Source: Octopus bimaculoides
Taxonomy: Eukaryota
DNA length: 45,927 nt
NCBI RefSeq assembly: GCF_001194135.2
Contig: NC_068982.1
Coordinates: forward strand, 108,747,953-108,793,879
Direction: 5' to 3'
Below are positions 21,957 through 33,200 of this stretch, piece by piece. The notes beneath the pieces are model-generated. The model saw nothing but the letters and a program-made list of their open reading frames with translations, was not told the DNA's origin and searched no databases. Every line of letters starts with the position of its first letter. Position 1 is the stretch's first letter. The translations under genes were made by a program, and so were the position numbers.

Positions 21957-22967
21957 TAGGTCTATATATATATGTATATATATAGGGAGAATTCACAAAA
22001 AAACAACAGTAACTTGCTACAAAAAGATGACATGCTAACAATAGCTTGCTCCTTATTACCATCTATATATCTTAGAATAATATTCATATAAAACATTATA
22101 TGTGTATTATCATAAGACATGTTCTCACTCACATCACCACCACTACACTATTCCTCCTTCTCACCTTCCTGTCCCCATTGCCTCATTTCCTCTCTGCCAC
22201 CTATTCCATCCTTTTTAATACTTTTCCCCCCACTACTTGCTCTCTCACTTTTGAAAACTGAGAAGACAGGCTCTCAGATTGCAAACTTAATAAAGGGGAA
22301 TAGTGAATGAAAAACATCCTCCTAGATGATTGCAGTAATCAGATATATGTGAATGGTGCTAATATAGTAACTGAGTACAAAGAGCAATACTTCATACTCT
22401 CCCTCTCTTTCTCACACACACACACACACACACGTGCATGCGTGCACAGAGTCAATCATTGCATCATATGCCAACTACCTGGTGTTCAATCAGAAACAAT
22501 AGCAAAAAATCACATATCGAAACTCAATTGCATCATACTGGTCTGCAAAATGTTCTGAAACTTAATCTGATGTCAAAAGACAAGTAGTGTAATAAAAGGA
22601 GCTATTAAATACTTGTCATCTTTCAAGTCTCATGTCATCTACTTTACTTCTATTAACATTTGCACATGGTATTATAGACAAGAGACACCACTGCTGATAT
22701 AAAGTGGACAACATTGAAATGTTGATTCAAAATCATCAGAAACTTGCTGACAACATCAAAACTTGTCACAGTAATAAAAGTTATCTCTCTTACATTGCAA
22801 AATAACTAAAGGGTTACTGACCTATCACACTGAAATCATTGCCATGAAACTTGACTTCAAAAAATTGTAACGTCGTCGTCGTTTAACGTCCGCCTTCCAT
22901 GCTAGCATGGGTTGGACGATTTGACAGTTGCAAAAAAGAATGGTGTGCATAAGTAAAGCTTAACTAT

Positions 22968-23338
22968 CTTCTTGGCACTCTGTCGCTTACGACGTTGAGG
23001 GTTCCAGTTGATCCGATCAACGGAACAGCCTGCTCATGAAATTAACGTGCAAGTGGCTGAGCACTCCACAGACACGTGTACTCTTAACGTAGTTCTCGGG
23101 GATATTCAGCGTGACACAGTGTGACAAGGCTGACCCTTTGAAATACAGGTACAACAGAAACAGGAAGTAAGAGTGAGAGAAACTTGTGGTGGAAGAGTAC
23201 AGCAGGGTTCGCCACCATCCCCTGCCAGAGCCTCGTGGAGTTTTAGGTGTTTTTTCCCAATAAACACTCACAACGCCCAGTCTGGGAATCGAAACCGCGA
23301 GCCCGCTGCTCTAACCACTGGGCCATTGCGCCTCCACG
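22968..23338 (-). mobile_element. tRNA-derived SINE family B, 12-bp TSD AAGCTTAACTAT
   Basis: Head GGCGCAATGGCCCAGTGGTTAGAGCAG..TTCGATTCCCAG; TSD at 22956-22967 and 23339-23350. Confidence 0.9.
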
Positions 23339-23688
23339 AAGCTTAACTATAAACAGGAAGAACACTGTTTAATTCAACAGCAGTTTTACTCATTAGAAAT
23401 TTGGAGAGGAACAGACATATTACATTAATTTTCTATAGCACCCCAACATAAAAATGACTAATTTGCTAGTATGTTTACACAAAACTTTAAAACAGCCTTG
23501 AAGTTTATTTTACTTTCAATAAGATTTTATTTTCTTTCAATCAAAACATTGTCTCTCAGGAGTTCTAATTTCAATCAGTTAAATAACTGGACACTAAATT
23601 GTTCCACTTATTATTATTTGATATTCCCAATAAATGAATATGACCTGAAACCCAGATGCTTGTCTAGAATTTCCATAAAGATTATTAA

Positions 23689-24617
23689 TCCTTTAACTAT
23701 GAAATTAAATTTCATGGTTATTCTGGTAATAATGTTAAATATCTGCCAAAAATAGAATTGGTCTTTTCTGCAAGTCACATTGCCTCAACAAGCATGACAT
23801 ATCACAACAAAAAATAGCTTCAAACATGACATTCCACAACAAAAAGATAGATTTGTATATAAAACTGCATTCTAGTCTTTTCTGTTCTATTTGGCTGCCA
23901 CTTTTCAATTTCTTCAATTTTGTTCCAATTGATTTCAAATTTGCTGTATGGATATAGTTCTGTATGCTAATTATTGACATAAAATTCATTTTCGCCACAA
24001 ATCAATAAATAAACAGTTAATAACTTTTAAAGTTTGCAAATTTTGGGTAATTTTAGCCAATCAAGAGCCACAGACATATAGGTGCCTGTTTCCATAGTAA
24101 AAATCCAAATGTTGGAACTCTTGTTTATGAAAAACTATGTGTTTACAAACTGATATTCTATGCTGTGCTATCCTGCTTGTATCGATCTGTTGCAGTTTTT
24201 GGATATTTTAAGTTGCATTTTCAATACCCATCTCTTGAATGCTTAAAACTACAAAATACGTGCGGTTTACTAATTTTTTTGCTCACTTTTTGCTTATTAA
24301 ATGCTTAAAACATGTGCTATTGCCACAATGTCGACATTATTGTTTTGTCATCTTACAACTGCATCACACACAAAATGACAGCTTCCAAATCCTATTTTCT
24401 GACTGGGTAAAAATTACTTTAAACCTCTGTAACTTTTTTTTTTTAATTTCTGGAATAAGTCAATTAGACCCAGAGATTCTGCATGAAAAATTACATCAAT
24501 ACACCAAATATTAAAATTGTTCAATTAATTTTTGAATCTCAAAAAGTGCAGTCAAGCAGAAAAGATCCAGGTTAGTGAAATTTTAAGTGAATATGTCTGA
24601 TTTTTGTGATAAGAGGG
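23689..24617. mobile_element. Possible old piggyBac-type non-autonomous element
   Basis: Right end ...GATAAGAGGG TTAA; left end TTAA TCCTTT only weakly matches; AT-rich non-coding interior. Confidence 0.35.
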
Positions 24618-24621
24618 TTAA

Positions 24622-25774
24622 TATTATTGGATGCATAAGAGGTGCAGCAACATCAAAGGAAGGTTAACTGGGATGATAACTTTCATGTGCGGCAGATGCA
24701 CAGGGGCAATAAACACATGCCAGGGGAAGAAACTAGAAGTAGTTCATAGCTTCTGCTACCTAGGTGACCAAATCTGTAGTCAGGGTGGATGCTCGGAGAG
24801 CGTTGTCACTAGAATCAGAATAACCTGGGCAAAGTTGAGAAAGCTCCTACCTCTACTGGTAACAAAGGGCCTCTCACTCAGAGTGAAAAGTACACTGTAT
24901 GATGCATGTGTGCATATTGCCATGCTATACAGCAGTGAAACATGGGCCATGACTGTTGAGGACATACGTAGACTTGAAAGAAATGAAGCTAGTATGATCT
25001 GCTGGATGTGTAATGTCAGTGTGCATACACAACAGAGTGTAATCGCCCTGAGAGAAATGTTGGACATAAGAAGGATCAGATGTGGTGTGCAAGAGAGACG
25101 ACTGTGCAGGTATGGTCATATGCTGTGTATGGATGGGGAGAGCTGTGTGAAGAAGTGGCACTCCCTAACAGTGGAAGGAACCCGTAGAAGAGGGAGACTC
25201 AGGAAGACATGGGATGAGGTGGTGAAGTACAACCTTTGAATGACAAGAGACCAAGACCTCTGGAGATATGCTGTGATTGAGAAGACCAGGTAAGTAAAGT
25301 GAGGTCACAGTCGTAGCCTATACCAGTGTCACATAACCAGCCCATTTAAAAAGTACCTTTAAATCAACAGGTGACACACTATGCTTGAAGAGATGTATTG
25401 AGTCAAGTAAAATCAGAAATCAAAATCAAATCACAATCAGAATCTCAATCAAATCGAAATCAAAATGGAAATTGTAGTTGTGGCCGATGCCAGTGCTGCC
25501 TGACGGGCTCCTGTGATGGTGGCACGCAATAAGCACCATTCATGCGTGGGTCATTGCCAGTGCTGCCTGACTGGCTCCTGTGCTGGTGGCACATAAAAAG
25601 CACCCACTACACTCTCGGAGTGGTTGGTGTTAAGAAGGTCGACCAGCTGTAGAAACATTGCCAGATAAGATTGGAGCCTTGTGCAGCCTCCTGGCTTGCC
25701 AGTCCCCTGTCAAACCATCCAACCCATGCCAGCATGGAAAACAGATGTTAAACGATAATGATGATGATGATGAT
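24622..25774 (+). mobile_element. 3' part of a second RTE-clade LINE with long 3' UTR and (GAT)n tail
   Basis: ORF 24631-25239: FCYLGDQI..GGCSESVVTRIR..W.K.RKLLPLL..MLYSSETWA; 3' UTR shared with 12745-13293 and 27140-27481. Confidence 0.9.
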
Positions 25775-25905
25775 CTTTCACATGGGAGTTTTTAAAAATT
25801 CAAATAACTATATCATATCAGCAAGCAAGAGAGTACACAAAACAAAATAATCAGTGCAAAATACTTCCAACAATGAATCTTTATTTTGACAAACATCAAA
25901 GATGT

Positions 25906-26294
25906 TACTCTTTTACTTGTTTCAGTCATTTGACTGCGGCCATGCTGGAGCACCGCATTTAGTCGAGCAAATCAACCCCAGGACATATTCTCTGTAAGCC
26001 TAGTACTTATTCTATCAGTCTCTTTTGCCGAACCGCTAAGTTACGGGGACGTAAACACATCAGCATCGGTTGTCAAGCGATGTTGGGGGACAAACACAGA
26101 CAAACAAACACACATATATATACATATACACGACGGGCTTCTTTCAGTTTCTGTCTACCAAATCCACTCACAAGGCTTTGGTCGGCCTGAGGCTATAGTA
26201 GAAGACACTTGCCCAAGGTGCCACGCAGTGGGACTGAACCTGGAATCATGTGGTTGGTAAGCAAGCTACTTACCACACAGCCACTCCTGCACCT
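25906..26294 (-). mobile_element. SINE family A copy directly downstream of the tRNA-Tyr-like gene
   Basis: Colinear with 20170-20600; head begins 10 nt after the tRNA 3' end, same strand. Confidence 0.9.
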
Positions 26295-26303
26295 AAAATT
26301 AAA

Positions 26304-26399
26304 TTTCGCGAGACGAATTCGAACCACCGACCTAAGGATTACAGTTTGTATATAAGTTCTTACTACAATCTTTCGCTCTACCAACTGAGCTATCACGAG
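26304..26399 (-). tRNA. tRNA-Tyr(GTA)-like gene with 23-nt intron (26362-26340); probably divergent or a pseudogene
   Basis: CTCGTGA TA GCTC AGTTGGTA GAGC G AAAGA TT GTA G [TAAGAACTTATATACAAACTGTA] A TCCTT AGGTC GGTGG TTCGAAT TCGTC TCGCGAA A: 73-nt mature length, intron at the canonical 37/38 position, A and B boxes present, TTTAATTTT downstream. Defects: C1:A72 mismatch, A:C in the anticodon stem, three G:U pairs in the T stem. Confidence 0.85.
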
Positions 26400-26811
26400 A
26401 AATAAATGATATTGCTTGATTTCTATAATAGTTCATATTTTCATTGAAACAAAATGGAATTTTGGTGTGCGCAGTCAGAAATTAACATTGCATATGGCAT
26501 GTTTTTAGGTAACAGTCATAACTCACTAGTACACAAGTTAGCTGATAGTATCTGCTCCAGACTCTACCAAATTAACTATTATTATGATAATTTTTATTTG
26601 TTCTAGTCATTGGACAGAGGCCACACTGGAGCACTGCTTTGAAAGGTTTAGTTGAACAAATCAATTGCAGTATGACTTATTCAATGGGTCCCATTTTCCA
26701 AAACCTCTGAGTTATGCAGGTGTAAAAAAAACCAATAGCAGTTGCCAAACAGTAAGGGGACAAAAACAAGTGCACACGCACACATGCATGCATGCACATA
26801 CACACACGCGT

Positions 26812-26844
<33 letters not shown>

Positions 26845-27139
26845 TACAATGAGCTTCCACACAGTTCGCATCTACCAAATTTAAATTTGCATTGACACTG
26901 CTTGGGCAGCGATGACACTTTATCTCTGACAATTATCAGTTTGACATTTGAAATCCATTGGAATAAAGTACCATATTTGAAAACAAGTACAGGTTGGTGT
27001 CAGGAAGGGCATCCAGCCATACAATACAACTTCTAAAAGTCTCTTCCAACTGACTTTTTCAAGTGAAAGAAATAGGCTTAAATGATGATGAAGAGCGGGA
27101 GGAAGATTTAACCAGTAACTAACATTCTTTGTTATTTGT

Positions 27140-27665
27140 CATGAGATGCACCATTTTGAGCGTGGCCGTTGCCAGTACCGCCTGACTGGCTCCTGTAGGA
27201 TTTTCGAGCGAGATCGTTGCCAGTGCCCCTGGACTGGCTTGTGCGGGTGGCACATAAAAGACACCATTTCGAGCGTGGCCGTTTTCGTGCGGGTGACACG
27301 TAAAAGCACCCACTACACTCTCTGAGTGGTTGGCGTTAGGAAGGGCATCCAGCTGTAGAAACTCTGCCAAATCAGACTGGAGCCTGGTGTTGCCATCCGG
27401 TTTCACCAGTCCTCAGTCAAATCGTCCAACCCATGCTAGCATGGAAAGCGGACGTTAAACGATGATGATGATGATGATGACCATCTTTTAATGTCTGTTT
27501 TCCATGCTGGCATGGGTTGGACAGTTTGACAAGGACTTTGCCAGGCTCCAGGGTCAACATTGATATGGTTTCTACAGCTGGATACCTTTTTAAAGTGTGT
27601 ACTGGGTGCTTTTTTCATGCCACTAGCACTAGTGAAGTTGCCAAGCAACTTGCAAGACAGCAAAA
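27140..27665. mobile_element. Tail-to-tail inverted pair of RTE/SINE 3' ends (+ 27140-27481; - 27482-27665)
   Basis: CCAACCCATGCTAGCATGGAAAGCGGACGTTAAAC(GAT)n followed immediately by the reverse-complement copy TTTCCATGCTGGCATGGGTTGG. Confidence 0.8.
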
Positions 27666-27940
27666 GAACAAGGAAAAAGAAGAAAAAAAAAACAACCCTT
27701 GACTAGGTGGGGAGAGTACTTTTGATGAGGAAGTGGCTTTATGTTAAATGTTGAAAGACTAAAAAATGAAAATGGACTAGCACTTTCTACAGAGGTGATA
27801 CCTAGCTACCCCACATTATGTAAGGATGGGTGAGAGTATGTGTAAAATTTAATGAAGAAAAGAACAACGAATTAAGAAAATTTAGTAATATTTTTTTAAA
27901 TATCATATATAATGATATAATAAAATATTTTACATAATAA

Positions 27941-27946
27941 TTTATT
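27941..27946 (-). terminator. Candidate GTPBP3 polyadenylation signal AATAAA
   Basis: TTTATT on + strand about 150 nt past the stop codon, in an AT-rich tract. Confidence 0.5.
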
Positions 27947-28095
27947 TTATATAATATCTTATAAAACAATTTATATAAAATTGTGCTCATCATCACATCA
28001 TAATTCATGATGTTGTATATACAGAAATATTTTTCACATATCAAGTTATGTCAATTGTTCAAAAATCATTATCCTATGCTCACCAGAAATAAACT

Positions 28096-28327
28096 TTACT
28101 TTCCAATACAGAAATCTTTAAAAATGACATCAAGAATATCTTCTGATGAAATTTCACCAAGGATTTTCCCAAACTGTCTCACTGATTTCCTTAAATATTC
28201 TGCCATTAATACATCATCTCTGTTCAACCACAAAAGACTCGTTTCCAAATGTGTTAAGCTCTTCATTAGATGAGAACGATGGCGTTCCTTAGTAAAACTC
28301 ACATTTCCTGTCTCTGGATCTCCATAC
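28096..28327 (-). CDS. GTPBP3: GTPBP3 exon 8 (YGDPETG...ERHRSHL...[15 protein letters not shown])
   Basis: Acceptor ctttacag|G; 232 nt to TAA at 28098-28096; conserved FCIGK terminus. Confidence 0.96.
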
Positions 28328-29469
28328 CTGTAAAGTATGAAATGAAATCTTTGTTTAAATGCAAAATAATTTTGAGACATAATACAATTTGTAACATTAC
28401 AACTAATCAGAAATATTTTAGGGAGTAAATATTTTCCTTTAAGTTACTTTATACTGTTACACTTAACATGTTTTTTATTGCTTAATCAGAAGGAAGTGCA
28501 ATCCCATAACCCTTTACAGAGCCTCTAAGACAGACAGACGGGAGGAAGGAAGGAAGGTATACTTGCCTACATGCTGGTGAAAAAATGGACTCTATTAACC
28601 GCTTTGATACCAACCTGCCTGAAACTGTCCTTAGTTCTATGATGTATATTCCCTATTTTAAAGTGATCTAAATTAAAACCTTCCATCAAAATTTCACATA
28701 AATTTAAGCCCCAAACATCACCTTAATATTGACAAAGTTAGTTTACCTAGTTCTAATTATTTTCAAAATTCATTTTAAAAAGCAGTATATTTTTATATGG
28801 TAACAGAAGGGTTACAGAAAACCAAAGTGCCAGGCAATGAATTAAGAATACCACCTATGTAAGGAACAGCAGGGATTTGAACTCAAAACGCAAAGAACTG
28901 GAACAACTAACACAAGGCATCTCAACTAATGCTCTAACTATTCTGCTAGCTCACTACCCTAGACTGGCACTCTATTTTATCAACCTCACAAAGATAAACT
29001 GTAAAGTTGATCTGAGTGAAATTTTAACTCAGAACATAGGTAGATAAATGAATACCATTGGGCATTTCCTCTGCTGATTTGCCACCAATACATATCCCCG
29101 CCAACTAGTTTCATGCTAGAAAATGGAGAGACAAATTTAGCAATCATCAGACATGACAGACTGGAAAAGTATAAGTACTTGTTTTCTTAATGACTTATGA
29201 AAAACTAAACTGGACAAATATATAAATACAATGAAATATGTGACAATTAAACAACCTAGGTCTCAGCTCTAAAGTTAATCACATTAAACTCCCACTGTTG
29301 CTGGAAAACACAGGCTGTCTGTATTGAATAATAATAAGAGAAAAGAACAAGGGCATAACTTGGTAGTCCTTTATTCCAATTGTTACATATGTTTCAGTAT
29401 TTGGCAACATATGCAATCAGTACATGCAGCTAATAGGGCAAGCATGGAGTAAACACATCGTCAGACAGT

Positions 29470-29507
<38 letters not shown>

Positions 29508-30204
29508 ATGACAAGGACCTTTTTGTGTGCACAGTCTGTGACAGACCATGTCTGTCCTTGGCTGGCCTCAAATCTCACCTACGAACCCATGGAAAACAAA
29601 CCACATGCAGCTATTCTGATTATATGTCTGTGCATACATTTGAATGTGGTGTGTGCCAGAGGGTTTGCAAATCCAATGGGGGTCTTAACATACATGTTAG
29701 GATCCACAATGAGTAGAACTTACTTGCAGGTATTGGTAGTGCAAATCAGAGGTGCAATGTGTATGGGTGTTTTTTCAAAACACTGTCTGGTTTAAAAAGC
29801 CACATCAGACGCCATGAAAGGACTAAGGTGTAGGTGCAGGAGGTGGTCAAACTCTGTGTAAGGAGTAGACAACCACCATATATATATATATTAATCACCT
29901 TAATATATATAAAGGTGAAGGGACAAATGACCATATGTTATGAGTTCAAATTTTAGTATAGCTATTACTATACTGTGATTCAATGGAAAGCATGTTACTC
30001 TGATTAACTGAGGCAAACAGGTTCCAATTCCACTTCATGGTAGGTCAGAGGAAATCATGCAATTGTAAAAATACTTATTCCAACAATATGCGGCTATTCA
30101 AAATTTTCAAAACCACTCCTAGCAAAGTCAACATCAATAAATAGATGAAAGGTAAATACGTGTGTGTGAATTTAGGGATGCATACATACACACGCACATG
30201 CATG

Positions 30205-30260
<56 letters not shown>

Positions 30261-33200
30261 TTTATAGATATATATCCAAAAATTAAACTAGTTACCTTTC
30301 CTTTACTTTTTGCAACAATATATTCAGAAATTGTTGAAGGCCATCTTTATTTAAACATGACAAGAAACAGTGTGTTGGTTCAGTGTGTGGAAGGTGATTA
30401 TTGTGCCACCGACTCAACACACATTTGTCAACTAAGTCACTTTTATTAAACACAACAACAACATTATTAATGTCTATTCTATGCTCAGTGTTTTCAGGTG
30501 AAACGTTGCTGTCAATTGACATTAATCTGCTAGCTGTGCATTTTGAGAAATCCAGCATCACTTGTAAATATTCTTGGATATAATCTTTAAAAGGGATTTG
30601 AGGCTGTTGTAATAATATCTGGCAATGTTTTGAAGCATCCATCATCAATACAATTACATTGGCTTGAAGACATCTGCAAATATTGAAACAGAATTTATAG
30701 AAACTCTTTAATCTTCAACAAAAGAAAAATACAAACAAATATAAAACTAACATTTTTGAAAGAAAAATAGTAAAAATAACATACATCAATAAAGGACACA
30801 AATGACTAAAGAACATGCTTTTGGAAGGAATAGTATTTTGAAAACATGAAATAAACAAAACATCAAGTTAAAGTTCAGCAAGAGAGATAATAGAAATAAA
30901 TCTTTTTAATGTTATATCTTGAGAAGAGGTGGAGAAAAAGAAGAGATGGGAAGAAGAGGAGGAGGGGTAGGGGAGAAGAAGGAGGAAGAGACAACAATGA
31001 CAACAATAATGATTTCCTTAAATATTGGAGACATTTTCTTAGTTTATTTCTAAGAGAACAATGTAACTGTGAAGGTACAAATTCTTGTACTGTACCATTT
31101 AACTGGCAGTAGACTAGATAAAAAAAATAAAGGAAGAATGAAACTAACTGAAATTGTTGTGTACTTTGAAATAAGGATAAGCAAAGCAAGCAACAAGTAA
31201 AGAAAAATAAATACCCAAACTAAGCTAAACTAAGAGACATACAAAGGTTTCAATGACCTACATATCTGTAGTATATTTTCAGCACCTCCAATAATTTAAG
31301 CGTTTTGGTCAACTTAAGAAGAATAGAGTGAGATTTACTCTAATAAGAAAAATTTCAATAGGAGCATTACAAAAGTAAATTTTGGAGACAATGCTTAATT
31401 GTGAATGAAGGTAAGGTAATAATGGCCAAATTCTTATCTCAGGAGGATTAATGCTACTTATTTCATTAATCTTGGAAAGATAAAAGGATTAAATTGATCT
31501 TAAATCATGAAACCTTAAACAAGGTTGGGATCTTTTGGGTTTGACGGGCAACATTTTTTTTGTAGTGTTTTTGGTACCGAAACACTTTCAAACTTCGAAT
31601 ATTTGTATATTTTGTGGTATAGAACAGATAAAAAATTTTGTATTCAAAGTTATTTTATGTAAAAAATTGTCGTATTTCGGTAATTTCAACCAATCACTGA
31701 CGTCTATTGAGGTGAAAACAATTAATGCCGTAATGGTGTCATGGGATCTTTTCCCTTGAATAAAATTAGTCCCGTTGTTTGTCAACAACTATCCGTGTTA
31801 CTCTTATTTATGACATCGTTCGTGCATTTGTACTGGTTTTAGCTTTAGGGTTTTAGGGTTAGGGTTCGGGTTTTAGAGTTAGGGTTAGTTTTAGGATTAC
31901 AGTTAGGGTTATGATTATTTTTGCCATAACCATANNNNNNNNNNNNNNNNNNNNNNNNNNNNNNNNNNNNNNNNNNNNNNNNNNNNNNNTATGACACATT
32001 CTACCAGTGTCCCAAGTTTGAAAGTGTTTCGTTAAGAAAACAAATGTTGCCCGTCAAACCCCAAAGATCCCAAGGTTGTTGTAAAATATCTTATCTGAGT
32101 CTTACCACGAAAGTAAATATAACTTATCATCAATTCTCAAACGCAGGATAATGCTAATAATATAGCCTGAACAGGATAAACTACCCCTATTTTGCAGAAG
32201 GCCGTCTACACTTTTTTCTGCAAAATAGGGGTAGTTTATCCTGTTCAGGCTATATTATTAGCATTATCCTGAATTTGAGAATTTAAAATCACTTCTGTAA
32301 CTTTCTAAGACATCTCAACGTTTCTAAAAGCAAACTTTGTTTGTTTGTTTACGTTTATCGTAATTTGAATTTATCATCAATATTTTAACATCTACTTAAG
32401 ACAGCTGGCTGGGCAAAATGTTTAGCAGCATTTTGTCTGTCTTTATGTGGGTTCAAATTCTGCTGAGGTCGACTTTGCCTTTCATCCTTTTGGGGTTGAT
32501 AAAATAAGTACTTGTTGAGCACTGGGATTGATGTAATCAACTAGCTCCTCCCCCAAAGTTGCTGGCCTTGTACCAAAATTTGAAACCAATATTTTAACAT
32601 CTACTATTCTACATTTATGTGGTCAGATGGCATTTGTAGAAACAGATTTTCTAAGGCTGTATGCCATTCCTGTTGCCAGCTAAGTTTCCAAGCAAGGTAA
32701 TATTTCCCCATGACAGAACATGTCACCACAAGTGACTGGAAATGAATGTCACTGCTTATATGCTGGTGACACTTGTGTGCTCATTTATAATGATCATGCA
32801 ATATTAAGACACACACAAACACATGAACACACACATGCTCACATACAAGAAGTTTGCTTTCAAGGTGCAAGTATACTTCCCAACCCCATGGTTCTGGGTT
32901 CTGGTTCAGTCCACAGCATGGCACCTTGAACAAGTGTCTTCTACTATAGCCCCAAGCCAACCAAAGCTTTGTGTGTGAATTTGGTACATTGCAAACTGAG
33001 AGAAGCCTGTCATATTGTATGTATATATATCTGTGTGTGTGTTTGTCCTCCATCACCGCTTGACAACTGGTGTTGGTTTGTTTATGTCCTCATAACTTAG
33101 TCATTCAGCAAAAGAGACTTATAGAATAAGTACCAGACTTTCAAAAATAAGTACTAAGATCAATTTGTTCAACTAAACCCTTCAAAGTGGTGCCCCAGTA

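Noticed and set aside
26665-26932. Several overlapping ORFs rich in CV/HT repeats (also at 30075-30449, 33990-34219, 40583-40974, 45238-45573)
   Set aside because: Translations of (CA)n/(CT)n microsatellites and SINE interiors.
26304-28096. Functional link between the tRNA-Tyr gene and the adjacent tRNA-modifying GTPase
   Set aside because: GTPBP3 modifies U34 of mitochondrial tRNAs; a nuclear GTA-anticodon tRNA is not a substrate, so proximity is probably coincidental.
29525-29833. Independent nested C2H2 zinc-finger gene
   Set aside because: No ATG or promoter, internal stop, no TGEKP linkers, ends in a retroposon-like tail; better explained as a LINE 3' end.
31837-31990. True telomere or chromosome-fusion scar
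   Set aside because: The array is short, degenerate and enclosed by TIRs with a matching 8-bp TSD inside a continuous gene.
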